Below, piece by piece: positions 16,321 to 26,000 of a stretch of 32,000 nucleotides of DNA. The number at the start of each line of letters is the position of its first letter. The first letter of the stretch is position 1. A program made the translations under genes and the position numbers. Source of the stretch: Planctomycetales bacterium (GTDB lineage Bacteria > 4484-113 > JAFGCY01); NCBI GenBank assembly GCA_022646745.1, contig CP060262.1, positions 2,250,001 to 2,282,000 of the forward strand. Reading direction: 5' to 3'. The notes below the pieces were generated by a model. The model was given only the letters and a program-made list of their open reading frames with translations, had not been told where the DNA came from and did no database searches.

Positions 16321-19300
16321 CTAGTTCTCCACTTCAGGGTTGAACTTGACGATCATCAGGTCATCCTTGCCGCCGCCGTTGTCAACCGTGCCCTCCAGGT
16401 TGACCGCGCTGAGCGGGTAGCTGGTGGCGGATGCCCCGGAGCCGCTGGCGCTGATCGCCGGGCTGGCCTCAGTCACTCCGGGATTGCCGAAGTTGCCCTG
16501 GCCCATCTGCACCGGGTCCCAGAAGGGGGTGAAGCGCTTGGCACGGGTGCCGGCCACGTAGAGCTTGCCGGCTGCGCTGTAGGCCATGTCCTCCAGCTGC
16601 GGGTAGCCGGTGCCGTCCTCGTAGCGCTCCTCCCTGAGCAGGGTGCCCTCAGAGCTGATCTTCGCCATCACGTGGAAGTACTCACCGCCGACTTCGTCGT
16701 CAAGGAAGGTCACTGCGAACAGGTCGCCCGCCGAGTCCACGGAGATGCCGCGGCCGTAGGTGTTGACATTGCTGCCGCCGCGAGCGTCGTAGGCCCGCAC
16801 CCAGCTGAGCTCGGGGTTGCTGATGTCGTAGCGCACCACCAGGATGCCGTGCTCACCGAAGATGTAGTTCTCGCCGGTGGCGGTCAGGTAGACATTGCCG
16901 AAGTCGTCAGTCATCACGTCCGTGTCGTACTCGTTCTGGCTGTTGCCCCAGCTCTTCTGGGCCAGCACATCGCCGTTGGCCGGGTCGAACTGCAGCATCA
17001 GCAGGTCGCTGCCGCGGGAGGAGTTGACCACCGCCTGCCCGGCGACGAACACCTGGCCGGCGGAGTTGACATCGATGCCCTCGCCGAAGTCGTTGCCCGA
17101 GGTGCCCCAGCGCTTGCTCCACAGCAGGCTGCCGGCCGGGCTGATGCCGTGCACGAGGATGTCGATGTTGCCCTCGCCGAAGATGTTGTTGCCGACGGCG
17201 AACACGTTGCCGTTCGCGTCAGTCGCCACATCGGACAGCCTGCCGATGCCCAGTGAGATGCTCCACTCCTCCTGGCCGTCCGCCGCGTCCAGGCGGGAGA
17301 GCACTGAGGTGACGGCTCCGGCCTTGATCTCGGAGTATGCCACGTAGATGTTGCCCAGGTTGTCAGCCACGATCCCGCGGGCGTTGTCACGGCCGCCGGT
17401 GCCGTAGGCGCGCGACCAGATCACGTTGCCGCCGGCGTCGTACTTGACCACCAGTGCATCCCGGTCACCGAGGCCACCGATGGTGCTGCCGGCCACGTAG
17501 GCCGCGCCGGTGTAGTCCACGCAGACCGCCTCGATCTCCTCGTCATCGCCAAGCCCCCAGCTGTGGGCCCATTCCTCCTGCACCGGGTCGACGACGAGCT
17601 GGAACTCGTAGGTGGCGGTGCCGTTTGCGCCGGTCACTTCAAGGGTCGCATCGTAGATGTCATCACCAGTCAGCACAACGGTCGGGCTCGGCTCAGTGCT
17701 GGTATTGGGAACCGCTCCGCCGCCGAAGTCCCAGGCGTAGGTCAGGGTGCCGTTGCCAATCACGTCAGCGCTGAACTGGATCAGGGACTCGCTGCGGCCG
17801 CTGAGCGGCAGCACATCGCGGATGAAGGGGTCGGCGGCACGGAAGCCGGTGTCGCTGGCCGCCACGCTGGCGAAGCCGCCCACCTTGGTCTTGATCCAGT
17901 AGGCATAGGGCACGCCGGGGACGGCGGTGGTGTCGTCGTAGCTGGTGCTCTCCGGGGAGATCTCATCAATCAGGTTGTCATCGGTGCCGCGGTAAATCTC
18001 GTAGGAGGTCGCGCCGCTGGCCGCCGTCCAGCTCAGGCGGACCTTGTCAACGAACTCGCCGCTGCTGGCCTGGAAGTTTGCTGGCGGGTAGATGGTGGCG
18101 GTCTGGTTGCAGTACGGGGCTGCCACCAGGTCCGGGTTGAAGTCGAGGAACAGCTCGACCGCCGTGACGTAGTTGCTCTTGCTCGCCGCATTGGTGAAGG
18201 TGCTGTAGCCGATCCAGCAGTTGCCGTCATTGCCCCAGTCGGAGCCCCAGCTGTTGCGGACGTAGAAGGCCTGCTTGGCGTCGTTGTAGCCGATGATGCA
18301 CATCGCGTGGCCGCCGATGGACGGGCCGTTGTAGTTCCAGACATTGCCCTTGTCATACTTGGTGCTGCTGAAGTCGTCATCCAGCGAGGTCGTCATGTAG
18401 ACGGGCTTCTTCAGGATGGCAAGCGTGTGCTTGATGCGGTCGACATCCTGCAGCGTGGAATTGCCGGTGGAGAAGATGTACTGGAAGTTGGAGATGCGGA
18501 ACTTGTCAGCCTCGTCATGCGTGGCCTGGGTGAAGTTGTCCGCGCAGCTGAAGGAGCTGCCGTAGGGGGCGAGGATCACCGGCGGGGTGCCCTGGTTCAT
18601 CAGGGTCGCCATCACGTCGCTGGTGTAGCGTCCCGGTGAGGGGCAGCCCAGCCCGCTCAAGTCGGACTCAAGGTACAGGTAACGCGGGCTGACCTGGTTC
18701 CAGCCGCTCTGCGGCCAGCTTGCAAGGTTCCAGCCGGCGGCCTGGTACATGAAGTTCAGCTGGTAGTCCAGTGCGCCGTGGCCTGCGGCCCAGGCGGTGC
18801 AGGAACCGACGCTGCCCTGGTTGCCAACCGGGGCCATGCCGGCCTCGACGGATGCCGAAGAGGGCAGGCTGACGGTGCCGAACGGCGGCATGTAGTCGCC
18901 GGCGATCATCTCACCGGGCTTCGGCAGGAGGCCGGTGCCACGCAGCTCAGGGTCACCGAGGCTTATGCGCCCCAGTTCGAGCTGCTTCTCGCCCATCATC
19001 ACCAGTGCGACGAGGATGGTGCCGTCCTCACGCTCGTAGGGGGCAAGGCTGTCGACGGTCAGGGTGGAGTCATCCGGACCCATGTACCAGGTCCAGCGGC
19101 CCTCGTCCCAGTTGGCGAAGCCGACATACATGTCCTGCGGGAAGTCCGGGTCGTAGCCCTTGGACCACTCGAAGCCAACGGACTGCAGCTCAGTGCTGGC
19201 GGCGTAGCCCGGTGCGACGAAACGGTAAGTGGCCATCGCAAGGCCGGCACCGCCCTCGCCGGGCAGCCAGTCCGGGGAGAACACGGCATAGCCGGCGTCC

Positions 19301-19656
19301 ATCACCACATTCTGGCTGGGCAGCGTCGGGTCATAGTCCGCACCTTCCTTGTCCAGGTCATCCTGCACGAAGGAGACGGACTTGCCGGTAAGATCCGGCA
19401 GGCTGAGCTCACCGGGCTGGGCAAAGGATGCGCCCTTGCCGGACAGGCTGAAGGGGTCATCATCGACCGGGGCGTCAGGCCGGACCGGGACGGCGACCAG
19501 GCCATCCTCGGTCAGGCCGAAGTTGCCTGCAATCAGGTCGGAGGAGGAGCCCTCCTGGGATGCATCCAGCCCGGCGGTCCCGCCGCCACCGCCGCATCCC
19601 GCGACAATCACCATAATGACCAGCCCACACAGCAGGCTGTACAACAGATTCTTCAT
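16321..19656 (-). CDS. Giant lipoprotein P2: N-module + papain-like C1 cysteine peptidase + Fn3 + PKD + SBBP-type beta-propeller
   Basis: Trimmed to ATG 19654-19656 (GAGGTG SD 6 nt upstream), starting MKNLLYSLLCGLVIMVIVAG|CGGGGG (lipobox). N-module at nt 18955-19293. C1 head has Gln (GNQGSVGSC), Cys (18799-18801), His in GGHAMCIIGYN (18307-18309) and Asn in VRNSWG (18253-18255). Fn3 (VRLSWTAASGATSYEIYRG). PKD (YAWDFGGG). The C-terminal ~400 aa repeats the pattern G(T/N)(G/S)G.D.(A/G).GI.VD..G(N/Q)(I/V)(Y/F)VAG ... (L/V)V(K/R)YD..G...W, typical of SBBP beta-propeller repeats. Confidence 0.85.
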   Translation of the reverse strand: MKNLLYSLLCGLVIMVIVAGCGGGGGTAGLDASQEGSSSDLIAGNFGLTEDGLVAVPVRPDAPVDDDPFSLSGKGASFAQPGELSLPDLTGKSVSFVQDDLDKEGADYDPTLPSQNVVMDAGYAVFSPDWLPGEGGAGLAMATYRFVAPGYAASTELQSVGFEWSKGYDPDFPQDMYVGFANWDEGRWTWYMGPDDSTLTVDSLAPYEREDGTILVALVMMGEKQLELGRISLGDPELRGTGLLPKPGEMIAGDYMPPFGTVSLPSSASVEAGMAPVGNQGSVGSCTAWAAGHGALDYQLNFMYQAAGWNLASWPQSGWNQVSPRYLYLESDLSGLGCPSPGRYTSDVMATLMNQGTPPVILAPYGSSFSCADNFTQATHDEADKFRISNFQYIFSTGNSTLQDVDRIKHTLAILKKPVYMTTSLDDDFSSTKYDKGNVWNYNGPSIGGHAMCIIGYNDAKQAFYVRNSWGSDWGNDGNCWIGYSTFTNAASKSNYVTAVELFLDFNPDLVAAPYCNQTATIYPPANFQASSGEFVDKVRLSWTAASGATSYEIYRGTDDNLIDEISPESTSYDDTTAVPGVPYAYWIKTKVGGFASVAASDTGFRAADPFIRDVLPLSGRSESLIQFSADVIGNGTLTYAWDFGGGAVPNTSTEPSPTVVLTGDDIYDATLEVTGANGTATYEFQLVVDPVQEEWAHSWGLGDDEEIEAVCVDYTGAAYVAGSTIGGLGDRDALVVKYDAGGNVIWSRAYGTGGRDNARGIVADNLGNIYVAYSEIKAGAVTSVLSRLDAADGQEEWSISLGIGRLSDVATDANGNVFAVGNNIFGEGNIDILVHGISPAGSLLWSKRWGTSGNDFGEGIDVNSAGQVFVAGQAVVNSSRGSDLLMLQFDPANGDVLAQKSWGNSQNEYDTDVMTDDFGNVYLTATGENYIFGEHGILVVRYDISNPELSWVRAYDARGGSNVNTYGRGISVDSAGDLFAVTFLDDEVGGEYFHVMAKISSEGTLLREERYEDGTGYPQLEDMAYSAAGKLYVAGTRAKRFTPFWDPVQMGQGNFGNPGVTEASPAISASGSGASATSYPLSAVNLEGTVDNGGGKDDLMIVKFNPEVEN

Positions 19657-19759
19657 GACATTCACCTCACGTTCTTGTTCAGCGATCCCGGCGGGCTTCC
19701 TGACCCGGCTTGGAATCAACCGTTCGTTATAGGCAAATGCAGAAATTTCTAAACCTCGA

Positions 19760-19765
19760 ATTATA
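19760..19765 (-). promoter_or_regulatory. Candidate -10 box (perfect TATAAT on minus strand) in an AT-rich island upstream of the 16321-19656 gene
   Basis: Plus-strand ATTATA at 19760-19765 reads TATAAT on the minus strand. It is embedded in the palindrome GAATTATAAAATTC (19758-19771), within the only AT-rich stretch (about 19735-19790) of this region, roughly 105 nt upstream of ATG 19656. No convincing -35. Confidence 0.35.
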
Positions 19766-19956
19766 AAATTCTCGAAAAATAGTCGAAATGACCCGTGGTT
19801 GCGCTCTTGCGGTGCTACAAGTTATATGGGGGTACTGCGAGTGTTTGGAGGGAATCAGGTGAACCTGTGCCATGCACGCAAGGCTTATCCACCTGCGGCC
19901 TGGAGGACCGGGGTACTCCAGGTTGTATCACTCCGGTTGATTCCTACGCATCTGAC

Positions 19957-22917
19957 TTACGGCGCAGCACTCTCGAAGGCGAACAGCGTGCCGTTGGCGC
20001 CAAGGATATAGACCCGGTTGTCCGGCCCGATGGCCACGGAACTGTAGGCCAGGTCCGTTTCCGTGTCATAGTCCCATGCGATGTCGCCGTTGGGGGCCAC
20101 ACAGCGCAATATGCCGAGGTTGTCGCCGTAGTAAATGTAGCCGTCCTTGTCAACGCTGGGCATTGCGTACTGCGTCTTGCGGGAGAGTGTGCCGGTCCAG
20201 AGTTCCGCACCAGCCAGGTCAATCCGGCTGCATTCGTCGCCGATTGTCACGAGATTGTCGAGGCCGGGCATCAGTGCGATGCCGGTCACGTCGTCATTGT
20301 CTACAGGGTAGCTGAAGACGAAGCTGCCATTCTTCCATGCGTAAAGCTTAGGACCGCTGGTTGCGGCCACGAAGTCGCCATTAACCACATCATGCAGGAT
20401 CACTGCGGTCTCATCCACGGTTCCGCTTGCTCCCAGTTCCCCACCGGCGGAGCCATCGGTGTTGACGATGTAGACCCGGTTGCTGCCGCCACAGACGTAT
20501 ACACGGCCGTCACTGCCGATCGATGGCGCGCCGAAACGGCTGCCCTTGCTGTAGGACCAGGTCTCCGAACCGTCGCTCATTGCCAGCTTGAGTGTGAGGT
20601 CCGGTCCGCTGAAAATCTCGCCGCTGTAGTAGACACTGTCTTCGAAAAGGGTCGGCGGCCCGAAGTTTCCATTGGTATATGTGACTGACCAGTCCTCGGA
20701 GCCGTCCGGCTTCAACCTGAAAATGTAATCCGATTCCGAACCGTAGATGTACCCGTTGTCATCGATCGCAAGGCCGGCGCTGATGCTCTGGTTGCGCGCG
20801 GTGGCCCAGCGCAGCGAGCCGTCCTGCGCCAGCGAGTAAACATAGGGGTTATCCACACCGACGGTGAAGTAGATTTCGCCGAATGCACCGATCACCGGGC
20901 TGCTATGGCCGGTGATGCCGGTTTCGTAGCTCCAGTCCAGCTGTCCGTCATGCGGACCCGCCAGGCTGCTCAGTCCGGTATGCGCGGGGTCTGCACAGTA
21001 CATGTTCCAGTCACCGGCGCCGGGGTCAATGCCGATCGCCCAGCCCTCGGCGGATTCACTGGCGATGCTGCTGCCGGTCTCATTGGTGGCAACGATGGTG
21101 TAGGTGTGGTGTGTGTCATCAGACAGGCCCTCGTCGAGCCAGCTGAACAGGCCGACCACGGAATCGACGGGGCTGCCGCTGCCATCCCGGTAGATGTCGA
21201 AGCCGTTGGCATCGAACTGCTCATCCCAGCTGAGCTGGACATAGTCGGCGAATGTGCCCTGGCTGGCGGTCAGCCCGGTCGGCTGGGCGGGGATGACTGC
21301 ATCGTTGGGGGCAAAGGCCGTCAGGGTGCCGTCCGTCGCCGGGGCCAGCAGCATGCCGCCCTCGCAGATCGCGAATCCACAGCGGTAGCTGACAGCCGAG
21401 TCGTACTGCCACTGCAGCTGCAGGTCAGGGGTGACCGCATAGACGCTGCCGGAGGCCGTGCCGAAGAACACGGTGCCGTCCGCATCGATCACCACGCTGC
21501 CCTCGATCGGGCTGCCCGTGATGAAGGTGTCAAGCAGGTTGGCATCGCTGTCGTACTTGTACAGCTTGCCGTCCATGTTGGCGATGTAGATGTTGCCGTC
21601 CGGGCCCTCCGCGGGAGCACCCTCGAAGCTGGTTCCCGCGGCATGGGTGCCGATCTGGTTGCCATCGGCATCGACAGAGTAGAAGTTGCCATCCTGTGTC
21701 CCATAGACCAGCTTGCCGGTCGAGGTGATGCAGGGGCTGGCATGCGCCTCGCCCGTGCCGCTGTGCTCCCAGTTGAGTTCGCCGCCAGGGCTGACGCTGG
21801 CCAGTGCGCCGCCGGCCGTGCAGACATAGATCGTGCCGTCGGCCGCGATGGCAGGCGGGCAGTAGATCCCGCTTGAGGTGTCGAGGTGCCACTGCTCAAT
21901 GCCGAGGTAATCCAGCTTGTAGAGCTGGCTGCCCTGGGTGCCGACGATGATCGAACCGTCCTCGAGGATTGCCGGGCTGGAGTAGACCTCACGCGGCAGC
22001 TTGGTGTGCCAGGCGCGGATGCCGGCGCGGTTGACGGCGTAGACGTAGTCGGCGATGTCACCGAACACCACATGCCCCTGCGGGCCGATTGCGGGCGTTG
22101 AGCTGATCTGGTCCAGCACCTCGTGCTGCCACAGCAGGCTGCCATCGGTGTCCAGCGCAAACAGCGAGCCCTTCTGCTCCACCGGTTCATAGGACCCGAG
22201 GAAGATCGTGCCGTCCGCATTCTGCACCGGGGCGGAATGCAGCAGCGATTTCGGCAGCACGGTCTTCCAGTGCACGTTGGCACTCTCCACCACGTTGTCT
22301 GTGGAGTAGCCGCGCCGCTGGTTGGAACCACCAGCCGTTGGCCAGGCGCCGAGGTCCGTCGGGATGTTGGAGAAGTAGACCTCCACGCTGTCCAGCAGGT
22401 AGTACTCGCCGTCGTAGCCGAGCATTGCGAGGTAGGTGTAGCCGCCGGGGCTGGTGTACTGGCCGGGATCACCGCCGACGGAGAAGTTGTCAGCGGGCTG
22501 GTTGAACTCGATCATGCGCCAGCGGCCGTAGGTGTAGTCAGCCAGCAGCATGTAGATCGGGGAGAAGCCGGTGGCCTTTTCACTGGTGGTGTAGCCGACG
22601 GAAGCCAGCTCATCCACCGCACTGGAGTCGAAGCGGTAGATGGCGTAGGTCTGCTGGCCGATCAGCGCACCGAGGCGGATGCTCGTGTTTTCCACGCTGC
22701 TGAGGGCATTCGAATCCTGGAACTCATTGCCGAGGCGGGTGAAGCCAGCTAGGCTGGCTCCCTTCATTGCATCGAGCTCACCGATGCCGGGCAGTGCACT
22801 ACCGGCCGGAGTGGAATCCAGTGCTTCCGCATCGCCGGCGGGGTTGTGCCTGGCGGCCCCGCAGGCCGTAAGCAAACAGATGATTGCGATGGTCAGGGTG
22901 CTAAAGAGCAGTTTCAT
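19957..22917 (-). CDS. Lipoprotein with N-module + PQQ-like beta-propeller + Fn3 + second beta-propeller (no peptidase domain)
   Basis: 986 aa. GGGGAGACGA lies directly before ATG 22917. Signal peptide with lipobox MKLLFSTLTIAIICLLTA|C. N-module at nt 22372-22695 (TYAIYRF...VGYTT...LLADYTYGRWRM). Blades DGTIFLGSY, DGSIIVGTQGSQLYKL, DGTIYVCTAGGAL, DGNIYIANMDGKLYKY and DGTVFFGTASGSVYAV. Fn3 (YVQLSWDEQFDANGFDIYRDG...YTIVATN). A second, more degenerate propeller follows (GEIYFTV, NGYIYGS, DGRVYVCGGSNRVYIV, DGYIYYGDNLGILRCV, DNRVYILGANGTLFAF). Confidence 0.85.
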   Translation of the reverse strand: MKLLFSTLTIAIICLLTACGAARHNPAGDAEALDSTPAGSALPGIGELDAMKGASLAGFTRLGNEFQDSNALSSVENTSIRLGALIGQQTYAIYRFDSSAVDELASVGYTTSEKATGFSPIYMLLADYTYGRWRMIEFNQPADNFSVGGDPGQYTSPGGYTYLAMLGYDGEYYLLDSVEVYFSNIPTDLGAWPTAGGSNQRRGYSTDNVVESANVHWKTVLPKSLLHSAPVQNADGTIFLGSYEPVEQKGSLFALDTDGSLLWQHEVLDQISSTPAIGPQGHVVFGDIADYVYAVNRAGIRAWHTKLPREVYSSPAILEDGSIIVGTQGSQLYKLDYLGIEQWHLDTSSGIYCPPAIAADGTIYVCTAGGALASVSPGGELNWEHSGTGEAHASPCITSTGKLVYGTQDGNFYSVDADGNQIGTHAAGTSFEGAPAEGPDGNIYIANMDGKLYKYDSDANLLDTFITGSPIEGSVVIDADGTVFFGTASGSVYAVTPDLQLQWQYDSAVSYRCGFAICEGGMLLAPATDGTLTAFAPNDAVIPAQPTGLTASQGTFADYVQLSWDEQFDANGFDIYRDGSGSPVDSVVGLFSWLDEGLSDDTHHTYTIVATNETGSSIASESAEGWAIGIDPGAGDWNMYCADPAHTGLSSLAGPHDGQLDWSYETGITGHSSPVIGAFGEIYFTVGVDNPYVYSLAQDGSLRWATARNQSISAGLAIDDNGYIYGSESDYIFRLKPDGSEDWSVTYTNGNFGPPTLFEDSVYYSGEIFSGPDLTLKLAMSDGSETWSYSKGSRFGAPSIGSDGRVYVCGGSNRVYIVNTDGSAGGELGASGTVDETAVILHDVVNGDFVAATSGPKLYAWKNGSFVFSYPVDNDDVTGIALMPGLDNLVTIGDECSRIDLAGAELWTGTLSRKTQYAMPSVDKDGYIYYGDNLGILRCVAPNGDIAWDYDTETDLAYSSVAIGPDNRVYILGANGTLFAFESAAP

Positions 22918-22976
22918 TCGTCTCCCCTAGGTGCAGCATCCGGATTGGTCCCGGCTGCCAGGCATAGCCGGGTTCC

Positions 22977-22982
22977 ATTATA
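22977..22982 (-). promoter_or_regulatory. Candidate -10 box (TATAAT on minus strand) for the 19957-22917 gene
   Basis: Plus-strand ATTATA at 22977-22982 reads TATAAT on the minus strand, about 60 nt upstream of ATG 22917 in the 112-nt divergent intergenic region. The -35 is weak. Confidence 0.3.
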
Positions 22983-23017
22983 AGGTGCGGGCAGTACGGA
23001 TGCGGCTTCCTGACCGT

Positions 23018-23023
23018 TATAAT
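23018..23023 (+). promoter_or_regulatory. Candidate -10 box (perfect TATAAT) 6 nt upstream of ATG 23030, implying a leaderless or near-leaderless transcript
   Basis: TATAAT at 23018-23023, followed by GGGCGG and then ATG 23030. The usual -10 to TSS spacing would put the transcription start on or next to the A of the ATG. The -35 is weak. Confidence 0.3.
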
Positions 23024-23029
23024 GGGCGG

Positions 23030-26000
23030 ATGAGCTACAGGGACAGGACAGTGAGGAATTGCAGGATCGGATTGGTGATCCTGCTATGCAGCATCGCCGC
23101 AGGCTGCGGTGGTGGCAACGAACTTCCCGCAGCAGGACCGTCGCAGCAGGCTGCCCAGCCACTGCCGGAAGCGCCTGCCAATGCAAGGCAGGTCAAGCTG
23201 GCGGTACGGATGAATCCGCAGCAGGAAATCAGCGAGCAGCCGGGCGGATTGAAGGCCGCCAGCGCGATCAGCATGCAGCTTTCCAGCATGCCACTGCCCG
23301 GGCGCAGCACTTCCGCCTCGGAAGTCGAGGTCGCTGCGGTGGATTACCGCACGGACCTGCTGAACAGCCGGGTGGAGGTGAAGGGCGATTACCTTGTTTA
23401 CCGTCCGGTCTGGAACAATGCGATCTTCGACGACCTGAGTGATGCGGCCTATGCAATCTACCAGGTGGACCTGACCGGATACACCGGTGATCCGACCATC
23501 GGCTTCAACTGGGCTGAGAACGGCCTGCCGCGCATTCCGGACAAGTACTTCGTCGGCCTGGCGAACTGGGATGCCAACCGCTGGAGCTGGTTCGACGGCC
23601 CGCTGGACCAGGTGCTGACACTGGATGACCTGGCTCCCTATACGGATGCCAACGGCAAGCTGCTGCTCAATGTGCTGGCCCTGCAGCGCGAAAGTGTGGT
23701 GGTGCTGCGCAACATGACGATTGGTGCGCCGGAGATGCGTGGTACCGGCTTCGAGTATGAGGACATCCCGGTGCAGACCAGTGCGCCTGCGCTGTATGTG
23801 CCGACCCTGCCGGGCAGTGTCGACCTGCGCGCCGGCTGTGCACCGATCAATGACCAGGGTTACTGGGGCAGCTGCACGGCCTTTGCGGTTGGCGACGGCG
23901 CCTACAACTATGAGCTGTACAGCATCTACGAATCACTGGGCTGGGACCTGACGGGCACAGCCTTCCGGGTCAGCCCGAAGTTCCTCTACATCGAAAGTGG
24001 CAAGGACCAGGGCTTCCCGCCGGGTGGCGACTACGGCCGCTGGACTGATGTGGTGGCCGACGGCCTGACCCGTTTCGGCATTGCCACCGAGCTGAATGCC
24101 CCCTATGACTATGACTACAATGACAACTGGTCGATCGCGGCACTGAATGACGCCGCGGTGCTGAAGAGCACCGGCTATGTCCCACTCGCCAGCCACAGCA
24201 CGGCGGCGATCGAGGGCATCAAGTCCGTGCTGGCCTTCCAGCAGCGCCCGGTGCTGGTCAGCACCCAGGTGGACTACGGCCTGATCACCTACGCCCCCGG
24301 CCAGGTCTGGCATTTCCAGGGGCCGAGCTTCGGCGGGCATGCGATGCTGATCGTCGGTTATGACAATGGCAAGGAAGCCTTTCTCGTGCGCAACAGCTGG
24401 GGCACGGACTGGGGCGAGGACGGCTACCTGTGGATGGCTTACGACACCCTGACGCATCCCTACAACTGGTATGTGCAGTGCGGCTACATCACGGATGAGT
24501 ACAACGAGGCCACGGCCCAGCGATTCACCGGCAACTCGATCAGCCTGCTGCCGCCTGACAACCTGGAGGCCTCGCAGGGCACCGCTGGCAGCAGCATCGC
24601 GCTGAGCTGGACGCCTGTGGACGGTGCCGACGGCTACCGCATCTACCGTGACACCCGGCAGAACCTGGTGCAGCAGGTCGGGGCGGTCAGTGAATACACC
24701 GACAACAGCGTGCTTGATGAACTGGCGCACTCCTACTGGGTGACGGCGCTGAAGGACAGCTCGGAAAGTGCCCACAGTGCACCGGACCTCGGCTATGTGG
24801 CGCAGTCCCCGCAGGTCAGCGGCGTGTCCCCGACGAGCGGGGCCGAGGGCCAGACGATCCGCTTCATCCCGCAGGTCAGCGGTGACCCGCAGGCCACCTT
24901 CAGCTGGGACTTCGGCGGTGGTGCCAGCCCGAACACAAGCAGCGATCCAGGGCCGGTGGTCGTGCTCGGCAGCGAGGGCAGCTACGACGCCAGCCTGACG
25001 GTGATTGGCGCGGAAGGCAACCAGAAGTTTGACTTCACACTCGAGGTCAAGCTTAACCAGCCGCCGGCTGCCTACCTGTTCGACCCGAACAACGGCAAGG
25101 CCATCGCACCCTATGAGTGCACATTGGATGCCACCAGTGGCGACAGCGACGGCTGGATTGTGCTGTACGAGTTTGACTGGGAGAATGACGGCATCTATGA
25201 CCTGGTGACAACCGAGCCGGTTGTGCAGCATACATACACGGAGCTCGGTACAGTCACAGCGAAGGTGCGCGTAATGGATGATGCCGGGCTGTATGACACG
25301 GCGACGGAGCAGATCACTATCGAACCGGATAACTTCGCTCCATACCCGACGATCACCGCCACCCCGCCGTCCGGGCCTGCCCCGCTTGATGTCGAGTTCG
25401 ACTCTGCGGGCAGCTATGACCAGGACGGCTTCCTGATCTACTACGAGTGGGACTTCGAGAATGACGGCACGATCGATGCCGAGGGCGACAGCCTGACAAC
25501 GACTGACCATGTCTACCCGGCGGACGGCACCTACACCGCCATGCTGCGGGTGACTGACAACGAGGGAGCGACGGGTGAGATCACCACGGAAGTCGCGGTC
25601 GGCCTGCCTCTGATCGGGGGCTGGACCAGCCACGCGATCCGAACCTGGACGGACGGCACCAACTCGCGCCGCATCAATGCAACCCTCGTCGGTGGCAACC
25701 CGGCGGTCAGTGTGACAACGAACAACACCGGCATGGAGTATGTCAGCAGCGGCGTGGCCGTGCCGGATGACAGTTCCGACTGGTCCGTAATGACGGCGCT
25801 TGCCAACGGCAGCCTGCCGAACTCCACGAAGCCCTATGGACTGTGCAACCTCTCAGGTGTGCCGCTGGTCAGCTACTCCGGGGGCTCGCTGTCGTCCATC
25901 AAGTGGACCGGTGCGAGCTGGCTGGACATGAATGTGGACGGCACGGCGAACTGTGGTGAATCCAGCAGCATTGCAATCGTTGCGGGCAAGCCGGCGATTG

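Noticed and set aside
16267-19752. Three long plus-strand ORFs (16267-17256, 17563-18639, 18778-19752) antisense to the P2 peptidase gene
   Set aside because: Their products are Ala/Gly/Val/Arg/His-rich with no motifs. The opposite strand encodes a continuous 1111-aa protein with lipobox, C1 triad, Fn3, PKD and SBBP repeats. These are shadow ORFs of a high-GC gene.
19934-19946. GGTTGATTCC, reminiscent of a tRNA T-loop (GGTTCGAATCC), in the 300-nt spacer
   Set aside because: The flanking bases do not form a T-stem, and no acceptor, D or anticodon arms can be drawn.
19795-22472. ORFs 19795-20688(+), 20905-21876(+) and 21489-22472(-, alternative frame) overlapping the 986-aa propeller gene
   Set aside because: Same reasoning. 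Their composition is low-complexity Arg/Ala/Pro/Thr-rich, and the 986-aa frame carries the repeated propeller blade motifs.
22977-23023. TTATAA boxes plus cruF, HerA and leaderless start as signs of an archaeal (haloarchaeal) origin with TATA-box promoters
   Set aside because: Most genes have strong SD sites at bacterial spacing. The box-to-ATG distances (6 and ~20 nt) do not fit the archaeal spacing of about -26. The ATPase is of the YjgR/DUF853 type. Rho-independent terminator architecture is present, and the proteins are not markedly acidic. A bacterial origin is more consistent.
23933-25633. 566-aa minus-strand ORF antisense to P3, and similarly 12643-13461, 13657-14253 and 14431-15489 antisense to P1 and 27409-28437 antisense to the 648-aa gene
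   Set aside because: These are shadow ORFs. They have no motifs or signal sequences, and each is fully nested in a well-supported coding frame on the other strand.
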